Source: Candidatus Hadarchaeales archaeon
GTDB lineage: Archaea > Hadarchaeota > Hadarchaeia > Hadarchaeales > JAWBSP01
Direction: 5' to 3'
DNA: 64,000 nucleotides
Assembly (NCBI GenBank): GCA_038842485.1
Contig: JAWBSP010000001.1
Location: forward strand, 1 to 64,000
Below, piece after piece: positions 56,906-64,000 of the stretch. Numbering within the stretch: the stretch's first letter is position 1; each line of letters begins with the position of its first letter. A model generated the notes under the pieces. The model was not told where the DNA came from. It worked only from the letters and a program-made list of their open reading frames with translations, and searched no databases. The position numbers and the translations under genes were made by a program.

Positions 56906-58091
56906 GGAGCTTTACCCTCACCGTTTCGCCCGCTCTGAGTCTCTCGATCTCAACCGGGATGCTGATATATCCGTCCGCCAGACCCAGCAGGTTTATGGCG
57001 TCGGATCCCTGCCTGAGGGGAACGGCTTCCAGTTCCTTTTCCCCGCGTAGCTTCACCAGCACGAATTCTTCCCTTCCCCGCTCGGATGATAGGTCGACCG
57101 AAAGCTTGGCATGAACCATCTCCTCTTTCATCCGTGCCCCCCGCAGTTTGAGGAGGTAGGGGGCCACCAGCTCCCGGAAGACGAAAAAGGCCGAGAGGGG
57201 GTTTCCCGGTAGCCCGAAGACCGGTTTCCCCCTCACCAAGGCGAAGAGGGTGGGCTTGCCGGGTTTGATGGCTAGTCCGTGGAAAAGGGCTGGAAGAATC
57301 GAGGGAAGGAGATCACCAGTGCCCGCGGAGGTACCCCCAGTGATGAGCAAAAGGTCGCACTCCCTCAGTCCTCTCTCTATCCTCCCTCTGAGAACTTTGA
57401 GCTCGTCCGGTGCAATTCCTAACCAAAGTGGGCGGCAGCCAATTTCCTTGAGCGCGGCACAGAGCATAGGACCGTTGACATCGTGGACCTTCCCGGGCGC
57501 CAACCTCCCACCGGCCTCCACCAGCTCGTTCCCCGTCGAGAGCACGCCTACGCGGGGAGGAAGGAAAACGCGAACCCTTCTAACTCCGGCAGCCACGAGC
57601 ACGCCCAGTCTCTGGTGGTTGAGCTCCTCCCCTTTTCTCGCGAGGATTTGCCCCCTCCTGATTCTGGAACCCCTCCTCACCACATTCTCTCCGGGGGCCA
57701 CCGGGCGGTAGATTTTGACCATCGCCTTCTCTTCCGCGAACTCTGAGGGGACCACCGCGTCAGCCCCCCGAGGCATAGGGGCGCCGGTTTCGATTCTCAG
57801 GCAGGTTCCCGGTCTGATTCTTTGCTTGGGGATTTCTCCTGCTTTTACTTTCCCCAGCAGCTTGAGGAGTACTGGTTTTTCCTCGTCGGCCTCCACGGTG
57901 TCGCAGGCTCTGAGTGCGTATCCGTCCATCGCCGCCCGGTCGAAGGGTGGAAAATCAATGGCCGCTCTCACCTCCCGGCTGAGAACCATTCCCGCAGCCT
58001 CCCGCACCTTCACCCAGCCGCTTTTGGGGCGCATCCTCCAGTTCTTTTCAATTTCCTCCCGGGCCCGCGAGAGGTCGACGACCCGAAACAT
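56895..58091 (-). CDS. moeA: Second MoeA paralog
   Basis: PPFDRAAMDGYA, TGAPMPRGADAV, STGNEL, GGTSAG, KPGKP, LPGNP; probable ATG at 58091. Confidence 0.9.
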   Translation of the reverse strand: MFRVVDLSRAREEIEKNWRMRPKSGWVKVREAAGMVLSREVRAAIDFPPFDRAAMDGYALRACDTVEADEEKPVLLKLLGKVKAGEIPKQRIRPGTCLRIETGAPMPRGADAVVPSEFAEEKAMVKIYRPVAPGENVVRRGSRIRRGQILARKGEELNHQRLGVLVAAGVRRVRVFLPPRVGVLSTGNELVEAGGRLAPGKVHDVNGPMLCAALKEIGCRPLWLGIAPDELKVLRGRIERGLRECDLLLITGGTSAGTGDLLPSILPALFHGLAIKPGKPTLFALVRGKPVFGLPGNPLSAFFVFRELVAPYLLKLRGARMKEEMVHAKLSVDLSSERGREEFVLVKLRGEKELEAVPLRQGSDAINLLGLADGYISIPVEIERLRAGETVRVKLLAR

Positions 58092-58140
58092 CAGAAAAAT
58101 GTTTTCCCTCTTCAAACGGGTTCTCAAAACACCCCTCAAC

Positions 58141-58154
58141 AAAAAGTATTAATA
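58141..58154 (+). promoter_or_regulatory. BRE/TATA promoter
   Basis: AAAAAGTATTAATA about 25 nt upstream of ATG 58172. Confidence 0.55.
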
Positions 58155-58171
58155 ACAACGAGGAAGGAAAA

Positions 58172-58534
58172 ATGGTAAAACCGCGTTTTGTGATGTGTAT
58201 TTGTACTGGCGAATGTCCTGGGTTCAAGGACCTTAACGTTTGGAAGCTGATAAACTATGTTAGAAATGAACTCGACGTAGAATATGCCATTGTGCACCCC
58301 CAGCTTTGTGTGGACGATGGAGATAGATTCTGGAGGGATATAATAAAACCTGGGGCCATCTATATAGTCGGCGGCTGCGATCCTAGGATGCAACGAAAAA
58401 TGTTTTCGCAAACTTTCAATGAGAGCGGAGGCGACTTTGATAAGCAGGTTGTAAGTTTGGACTTGAGAGGCCTAACCACGGAAGCCGCTATGGAGAAAGT
58501 GAGGGGCGCTTTTCAGCAGCTTGGGGGTAGGTAA
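58172..58534 (+). CDS. Small Cys-rich protein resembling the HdrA N-terminal/MvhD-like Fe-S domain
   Basis: VMCICTGEC...HPQLC...VGGCDPRMQ...VSLDLR resembles the HdrA VYxCxCG...LC...AACSP...NIR pattern. Confidence 0.55.
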   Translation: MVKPRFVMCICTGECPGFKDLNVWKLINYVRNELDVEYAIVHPQLCVDDGDRFWRDIIKPGAIYIVGGCDPRMQRKMFSQTFNESGGDFDKQVVSLDLRGLTTEAAMEKVRGAFQQLGGR

Positions 58535-58535
58535 A

Positions 58536-58808
58536 ATGCAGCCCATCCCGCGAGAGAAGATCCCGTGGTTTCCCAAGATAGATTATCAAAAATGTATAGG
58601 GTGTAAACAGTGCTTCAATTTCTGTCGTAACCAGGTTTTTGAATGGGAAGAGGGAAATCCTTCGCACCCCAAGGTAGCAAATCCTTACAATTGTGTTGTG
58701 GGATGTAGCGCTTGCGCCAAACTCTGCTCACAGGGGGCGATCCGTTTTCCAACCATGGAGGAACTAAGAACTCTTATAAGAGAACTGCGGGCGGAAGGTA
58801 GGGTCTAA
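58536..58808 (+). CDS. 2x[4Fe-4S] ferredoxin
   Basis: CIGCKQCFNFC and CVVGCSACAKLC. Confidence 0.88.
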   Translation: MQPIPREKIPWFPKIDYQKCIGCKQCFNFCRNQVFEWEEGNPSHPKVANPYNCVVGCSACAKLCSQGAIRFPTMEELRTLIRELRAEGRV

Positions 58809-58890
58809 AGCGGTCAAACATACGGTGTGTTATCACACATTAGTTGAGAGGAGATGTACACGAATTAATCAGGGGCGTCCTAATAATTTT

Positions 58891-58944
58891 GGCGATGATG
58901 AGACCGGGTTAGGGAAACGTGAACGAAACCCAAGCTGCTGAGCC
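58891..58944 (+). ncRNA. Box C/D guide sRNA
   Basis: Terminal stem GGC/GCC, box C ATGATGA 58895-901, box D CTGA 58938-41, degenerate D' GGGA and C' GTGAACGA, 54 nt long; ATTAAT about 25 nt upstream. Confidence 0.78.
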
Positions 58945-59342
58945 TAGACGGTCAGGTCAACACCTAGTTCCTTTGCCTTCTTCAGGAGTTCGGAGTACTG
59001 GGCTTTGATCCTCTCCCTCTCGAGTTCGGTCACTCTCTCGGAAAAGCTCAGGTTTATGCTCTCCTTGGGGGTCAGGTCGAAGATTTCCATCTTCAGCGAG
59101 AGGGGCACGAACTCCCCTTTTGGGCCGAGCTCATAGCTCAGCGATAGCCTGGCCGGCAACTCGGTGGCCCCTCGCTTGTTGAGTTCCTCGATGAGCTTTG
59201 ACACCAGCTCCTTCCAAGCTGTTAGGCTTGCTTCCCTGGCCTCCGTGGGGGTGCTGGAGTAGACCGAGGCGTAGAACCATCTCTTCAGTCTGAAGATGGC
59301 ACCCTTTCCAGTGGGCGAGATCCTAAATCTCTGTTCTGGCAT
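58944..59342 (-). CDS. Hypothetical protein, possibly ThermoDBP/DUF2258-like
   Basis: ATG at 59342; helix, beta-hairpin and C-terminal coiled-coil layout; family resemblance judged by eye only. Confidence 0.5.
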   Translation of the reverse strand: MPEQRFRISPTGKGAIFRLKRWFYASVYSSTPTEAREASLTAWKELVSKLIEELNKRGATELPARLSLSYELGPKGEFVPLSLKMEIFDLTPKESINLSFSERVTELERERIKAQYSELLKKAKELGVDLTV

Positions 59343-59371
59343 CAACGCTTGCGGGTGGGGATAAAAAAGGG

Positions 59372-59446
59372 TGCCCCGGGCGGGATTTGAACCCGCGGCG
59401 GTGGCTCGAGAGGCCACTATGTTTGACCGGGCTACACCACCGGGGC
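59372..59446 (-). tRNA. tRNA-Glu(CTC)
   Basis: Acceptor GCCCCGG/CCGGGGC, anticodon arm GTGGC-CTCTCGA-GCCAC, T loop TTCAAAT; CCA not encoded. Confidence 0.96.
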
Positions 59447-59447
59447 A

Positions 59448-59522
59448 CGGGCCCGGAGGGATTCGAACCCTCGATCTGCGGCTTAGGACGCCGCCGCCCT
59501 ATCCTGGCTAGGCCACGGGCCC
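59448..59522 (-). tRNA. tRNA-Arg(CCT)
   Basis: Acceptor GGGCCCG/CGGGCCC, anticodon arm GCGGC-GTCCTAA-GCCGC, T loop TTCGAAT. Confidence 0.94.
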
Positions 59523-59561
59523 CCAAAATACTTTTAAAGGGAGAAACAAAAGGGGATAAGC

Positions 59562-59885
59562 ATGGGAGCGACAAGAGCGCTGGGAGCTCTGCTGACCTTG
59601 GTGTGCGCAGTGGTTTTCGTTCTGTACGTACTATTCGCAGTGGGGCGAGCTCTCGACCTAAAGAACTCTTTGCCGTCTTGGTTACTTTTCACACAAACTG
59701 CAGAAGTTGTGCCGGTTATGATCTGGTTGCCAGTGACTATAGGGATCTGGGTAGTGTGCGGTCTGGGTGCCTGGCTCGGCTGGATCATGGCCACCACGAA
59801 GGAAGTTGCACCGGTTCCGGTAGAGAAGGAAGAGAAGACAAAGGAGAAAGAAGAGAAGGCAGGGAAGGCGGAGAAAAAAGAGTAA
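59562..59885 (+). CDS. Small two-TM membrane protein with charged tail
   Basis: Two hydrophobic helices, WLGWIMATT, E/K-rich tail; TTTTAAA about 25 nt upstream. Confidence 0.7.
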   Translation: MGATRALGALLTLVCAVVFVLYVLFAVGRALDLKNSLPSWLLFTQTAEVVPVMIWLPVTIGIWVVCGLGAWLGWIMATTKEVAPVPVEKEEKTKEKEEKAGKAEKKE

Positions 59886-59906
59886 TCGTAGGTCTCCAGA
59901 GCTTGG

Positions 59907-62258
59907 ATGAAGGTGAATGTGCGCCGATGGGCTATTTTGATCTATCTGCTGGGGCTGATGGCTTTCTCCCTTCACGTCCTCCTAATTCCGGGTGAGAAGT
60001 ACAAGGTCCTCACCACCTCCGACTCGGGTTACTTCGCCGGAATCGCAGAGGAGCTCGATCAGAAGAATGGTTTTATTGAGCGCTACTCACGCTCTCATTC
60101 GCCCGACGGTTGGCCAATCAGCGTCCAAGATCAAGCACAGCCCCTCCTCGCCGTCCTGCTTCACCGGGGAATCTCCTCCGTTCTTCCGGGGGTGGGGCTA
60201 ATAGATGTTATAAACTGTTGGTCACCCCTCCTCTTCTGCGGGTTTCTTGTGCTGGTTTTCCTCATCACTCAGGAGCTCGCTGGGGATCTCGCTGGGTGCG
60301 CGGCCGCTTTCCTTGCAAGCGTGCTGGCTGGAAGTATCTACTGGTGCAAGTTTGCCGCCTTCGACAGAGAGGCTCTAATCACCGTCCTTTCCTGCGCGAC
60401 GGTCTATCTGAGTATCCTTACCTTCAAGCACTCCAGCCCAGCCATGGGTGTCCTAACCGGTCTCGTTTACTCTCTTCTGGTCCTCTCGTGGGGGGGCTGG
60501 TCATACCTCACCCCGGCCATCTTGGGTGCTCTCCTCCTCCTGTTGCTCCACGACTACCTCTTGGGTTTGTTCAAAGAGAGGCGTTTCTTCTCGCTCATCT
60601 TCTCCACTCTACGCAGGCATCAGAGGCTAATCCTAAGCACAGCATGTCTTTTCATCACCGTGACGGTGGCTTCGAGAATGCTGGGGAACCCTCCTGATTG
60701 GGGCGGAATTGCTAGGATGTTACTCGGATACGTGGGTATTGGGGGCGGTTATGGAGGCGCCGGGATTACCGCGAGATATGCTTCGGAGATGGCGGCCCCA
60801 GGCTCTTTTGGGGAGATCCTTTCCAAGATGTATTTCGATAATGTTCTCAATCGGATAGCGTTGGTTCTCCTCGGGCTCGGCATCCTGAAGGTTCTGTGGA
60901 CGCGCAGAAGGTGGGAGTGGATTCTCTTATCCTGGCTGGTGATTCTCATGGGTCTGGTCTGGCCGGGGAGAGGGCAGGCTAGGTTCGACAGGCTGTGGTG
61001 GCCCTTCGTGGTTGTGGCCGCTGGAGCTGGAGTCGGGGCCCTAGTGTCCGGCTTCAGGTGGTTGGCAAGGGAGTGGCAGGAGGCCTCACGTGTTCTGAAG
61101 GTCCTCCCCTTCCTGCTGGTCTTTCTCTTTCTTCCCTTCGCTAACAACGCAGTCGCTCAAGCCCAGCGCACCACTCCCCCGACCGAGTGGGCCGGACGAG
61201 GGTTCGACCAAGCCTACACCGAACTATGCCGCTGGCTCGAGAACAACACCCCGCCCAACACCACAGTGGCCATCGAGTGGTCGTACGGGCACCTCCTCAC
61301 CGGCGCTTCTAAAAGGAGGAGCGTTTGCGATGGGGTTGAGTGCTTGGGCAGGGAGGGGGAGTGGGAGAATGCCCCCCTTCCCGCCAAGCCCCCTGACTAC
61401 ATCGTTGACCGTCAGGGCCGCATCTATGGGGTGGATACTAGGCTGCTCGATTTGGAGCCCTACAGAATTTATGGGAGGAGGACGGATGTGCTCAGAATAC
61501 CCTACATGGACTCGGCTGAGCTCGCCTGGTTCCTCTGGACATACTGGGATAATTTCGGGGTGAAAATAGACTACCTCGCCCTCGACTTCTGGGATTACTG
61601 GAATGCCTCTTGGGTGGACAGGAACCTGCATTTCCTGTACACGGTTCGGTCCCCTCCCCTCCGGAACTACATACCGCCATCGGAGGAGCGGGAAAACCTC
61701 CTGATTCTTCACTTCGGCGAGAACAGGGAGAACGTGGTAATAAACTACTCCACCCAGACCGCCTACCTTCAAGTGAGAGAAGGTCCGGATCTCCTCTTCG
61801 ACGGGTACATCGAGGCTTCCTTCGATCAGGAGGGTAACTTTCAGCAGTCTACCTTCCACTCACCGCCACGATCCCCAGACTTGCCTGAAACCGTGCTTAT
61901 CTGGAAGGTAGACGGTTCCGTAAGGGGGGCCCAGATCTACCGCTCGAGAGTCCGGGAGGTGGAAGCTCGCGGGCCTAGCATGGGAGTCATAGCCTTTGGA
62001 GGCGGAGGGGAGGGGAGCCGTCCCGACTTCGTGGAACCAGCCTTCTTCAGCAGCAATTTTTTGGTGGTTCTCCTGCGCGTGCTGTGGGATCGGGTTCCAC
62101 TCGCCATGCGGCCACCACCAGCACCCAAGGGAGGAACCGAAAGCTGGTCGGCCGCACTGGCCTCTTCCCCTGGTTGGTTCAAACTTGAGGAACTCTCTTC
62201 CACCGTCCGCTCCACGAGTGGATATTGGTCCACGGTGGAGAGCATGAGGAGTGGCTGA
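59907..62258 (+). CDS. STT3/AglB-like GT-C glycosyltransferase, non-canonical
   Basis: Many TMs, TSDSGY, SHSPDG, FDRE, ASE, WLENNTP...EWSYGH in place of WWDYG, KIDY. Confidence 0.75.
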   Translation: MKVNVRRWAILIYLLGLMAFSLHVLLIPGEKYKVLTTSDSGYFAGIAEELDQKNGFIERYSRSHSPDGWPISVQDQAQPLLAVLLHRGISSVLPGVGLIDVINCWSPLLFCGFLVLVFLITQELAGDLAGCAAAFLASVLAGSIYWCKFAAFDREALITVLSCATVYLSILTFKHSSPAMGVLTGLVYSLLVLSWGGWSYLTPAILGALLLLLLHDYLLGLFKERRFFSLIFSTLRRHQRLILSTACLFITVTVASRMLGNPPDWGGIARMLLGYVGIGGGYGGAGITARYASEMAAPGSFGEILSKMYFDNVLNRIALVLLGLGILKVLWTRRRWEWILLSWLVILMGLVWPGRGQARFDRLWWPFVVVAAGAGVGALVSGFRWLAREWQEASRVLKVLPFLLVFLFLPFANNAVAQAQRTTPPTEWAGRGFDQAYTELCRWLENNTPPNTTVAIEWSYGHLLTGASKRRSVCDGVECLGREGEWENAPLPAKPPDYIVDRQGRIYGVDTRLLDLEPYRIYGRRTDVLRIPYMDSAELAWFLWTYWDNFGVKIDYLALDFWDYWNASWVDRNLHFLYTVRSPPLRNYIPPSEERENLLILHFGENRENVVINYSTQTAYLQVREGPDLLFDGYIEASFDQEGNFQQSTFHSPPRSPDLPETVLIWKVDGSVRGAQIYRSRVREVEARGPSMGVIAFGGGGEGSRPDFVEPAFFSSNFLVVLLRVLWDRVPLAMRPPPAPKGGTESWSAALASSPGWFKLEELSSTVRSTSGYWSTVESMRSG

Positions 62259-63502
62259 TGCAGCGGGCGAAAGGAACTAGGGATCTGTTCGGGAGGGAGC
62301 TCAGGGCCCAGAGGCGCGTGATCGAGGTCCTCTCCGGGGTCTTCAGTAGGTATGGGTTCAGGGAGGTGGAGACTCCCGTGTTCGAGCCCCTTGAGCTCTT
62401 CACCCTCCGGAGCGGGGAGAGCATCGTTAGCCAGCTCTACTCCTTCCAAGATAAGTCAGGGAACTGGTTGGCTCTCAGACCTGAGCTCACCGCCCCCGTG
62501 GCTAGGCTGTACTGCGAGCGGTTCAGGTCGGAGCCAAAACCAGTAAAGCTGTGCTACTTCGGGAGCTGTTTCAGGTATGAGGAGCCCCAAGCAGGGAGGT
62601 GGAGGCAGTTTCACCAGGCCGGGGTCGAGATCATAGGGAGTTCTCTCCCGGCCTCGGATGCGGAGGTGGTGGAAATGGCCGACGAGGCCTTTGAGGAGCT
62701 CGGAATAAGAAGGAGGTTGGTACTCGGTCAGATTGCCATTCTGAGGGAAACCCTCAGGCGGTCGGGGGTGGAGGAGGTCGCCCAAGATCCCATTCTTCGC
62801 GCTATTGACTCGGGCGAGGAGAGGAGACTGGAGGGCGAGCTGGAAAGGGCCAGGGTCCCGCAGGAGGACCGTACCAAGATCAAGCGACTTGTCGCTCTCA
62901 AGGGTGGGAAGGGGATTCTGGAGCAGGCTGAGAGGCTGGTGCAGGATTCTGGCGTGGCGCTCGGGGCCCTGCGGAACCTTAGGGAGATCACAGAACTCTT
63001 GGATGAAGTTGGGGTGAGGTACGAGCTGGATCTTGGGATCGCGAGGGGGCTGGACTACTACACCGGAAGCGTTTTCGAGTTTTACGCGGAGCAGTGGCAG
63101 GTGGCTGGAGGGGGGAGGTACGACGGGCTCATCGGGCTGGTGGGAGGGGAGCAGGTCCCGGCTGTGGGCATAGGATTTGGGATAGACAGGATCTCTCTCC
63201 TGCTGGAGGTGGAGGATGAGCCTGCGCCTGATTTGGTTGTGCTTCCCGCGGGGTCTGGCTTGCTCAAAGAGTGTTTCAAACTGGCGAGGGACCTGAGGCG
63301 AAGGGGCCTCCGAGTGGAGGTGGATTTGCTCGGGAGAAAGCTCGGCAAGGGCCTTGAGTATGCAAGTGCCCGCGGCGCCGCGAGGGTTGTGATCGTTGGG
63401 GCCAAGGATCTGCAGCACGGGAAGGTCACCCTCAGGGACATGCGGACAGGGGAGCAGCTGCTTGTGGGGTTGGACGAGCTGGCCGAGGAGCTTAAAACCT
63501 GA
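62258..63502 (+). CDS. hisS: Histidyl-tRNA synthetase
   Basis: KGTRD, LRPELTAP, FRYEEPQAGRWRQFHQAGVE, RGLDYYTG, GGGRYD; ATG at 62258 (TGATG overlap). Confidence 0.96.
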   Translation: MQRAKGTRDLFGRELRAQRRVIEVLSGVFSRYGFREVETPVFEPLELFTLRSGESIVSQLYSFQDKSGNWLALRPELTAPVARLYCERFRSEPKPVKLCYFGSCFRYEEPQAGRWRQFHQAGVEIIGSSLPASDAEVVEMADEAFEELGIRRRLVLGQIAILRETLRRSGVEEVAQDPILRAIDSGEERRLEGELERARVPQEDRTKIKRLVALKGGKGILEQAERLVQDSGVALGALRNLREITELLDEVGVRYELDLGIARGLDYYTGSVFEFYAEQWQVAGGGRYDGLIGLVGGEQVPAVGIGFGIDRISLLLEVEDEPAPDLVVLPAGSGLLKECFKLARDLRRRGLRVEVDLLGRKLGKGLEYASARGAARVVIVGAKDLQHGKVTLRDMRTGEQLLVGLDELAEELKT

Positions 63503-64000
63503 CCCCCCTTTTCTCGAAGAACTCTCGCATGAGCAGGGAGTCCCTCTCCAGCGCGGGGCTTTCGCTGATGATGGTTATATCCACCTTACGTTTGAGAATT
63601 TCTTCCCCCAGTGGCTCGAAGGGCGGTTTCCCGGCGGGCATCTCGAGGTGGTGGTCCTCATTTCCCTTTCCCGGCCCGACCACCCTGAATTCCACTCCCG
63701 TGAAGTGCGTGTGCAGGTGCTTGAGGTGCCGAACCCTCTCGAACACCTCGCCCCACTTCACCTCCCCCGCCGATCTAGCGTAGAGGTGGGCCCAGTCGAC
63801 CACAGGGACGCATCCCTCCACCTCTCTCGAAACCGTCAAGATCTCCTCCAAGGTACCGAAGGTTTTCTGCTTTCCCATGGTTTCCAGACCTAGGCACACT
63901 TCCTCCATTCTAGCCTTCTCCATCCTTTTTCTGAGGTCGGTGCAGGCTTCCACCACCGCCTCGAGCGCCTGCTGGGGGGTGAGCTTTCCGTAGAAGCCCG
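63492..64000 (-). CDS. Endonuclease IV-like TIM-barrel protein; 5'-partial
   Basis: GLETMGK, FGTLEE, DWAHLYAR, HTHFTG, ISESP. Confidence 0.8.
   Translation of the reverse strand, partial: GFYGKLTPQQALEAVVEACTDLRKRMEKARMEEVCLGLETMGKQKTFGTLEEILTVSREVEGCVPVVDWAHLYARSAGEVKWGEVFERVRHLKHLHTHFTGVEFRVVGPGKGNEDHHLEMPAGKPPFEPLGEEILKRKVDITIISESPALERDSLLMREFFEKRGVRF

Noticed and set aside
58811-58822. 12-nt match (CGGTCAAACATA) to tRNA-Glu as a possible att site
   Set aside because: Inverted orientation, matches the D arm rather than the 3' end, no integrase, and short enough to arise by chance.
58891-58947. Fluoride riboswitch (GGCGATG start)
   Set aside because: Lacks the GAGUUCGCC/UGAUGACUCC pseudoknot and the downstream gene is convergent; box C/D fits better.
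1737-63418. Long antisense or alternative-frame ORFs (e.g. 1737-2588, 32967-33890, 41995-42822, 46166-47086, 52126-52899, 62456-63418)
   Set aside because: Shadow ORFs of well-supported genes in a GC-rich genome, with no motifs.
1-64000. CRISPR arrays, IS elements, integrases, inteins in PolB/RadA/RFC
   Set aside because: No regularly spaced repeats or transposase/integrase motifs seen; PolB, RadA and RFC show no large insertions.

Overview
Gene-dense, GC-rich archaeal chromosomal region. Archaeal markers include Rpo4/Rpo6, L21e, fibrillarin/Nop5, RadA, thermosome, FEN1, CarS and an archaeal-type ThrRS. A Hadarchaeia-like or euryarchaeal thermophile is my guess, not something the sequence shows. 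Most of the window is core housekeeping: a glycogen operon, PolB, Mo/W cofactor genes, SRP54, Trk K+ uptake, three aminoacyl-tRNA synthetases, Mre11-Rad50 and RFC-L. I found no transposase, integrase or CRISPR array. The standout is a ~235-nt, multi-helix, GC-stemmed, A-linker RNA-like element (9625-9856). It has a TATA-like box upstream and an oligo-T tract downstream, and lacks the RNase P, SRP and tRNA signatures I know. It lies between polB and an amidohydrolase + PreA/DHODH-like pair whose catalytic residues have both diverged. Features missed by the ORF track are a box C/D sRNA, two tRNAs one base apart, an rpo6 gene with no ATG/GTG/TTG start (probably CTG), and three small proteins (coiled-coil, Trk-linked membrane peptide, 8-Cys zinc finger). 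An STT3/AglB-like protein lacks the WWDYG motif. All calls come from reading motifs by eye; no database search was run.
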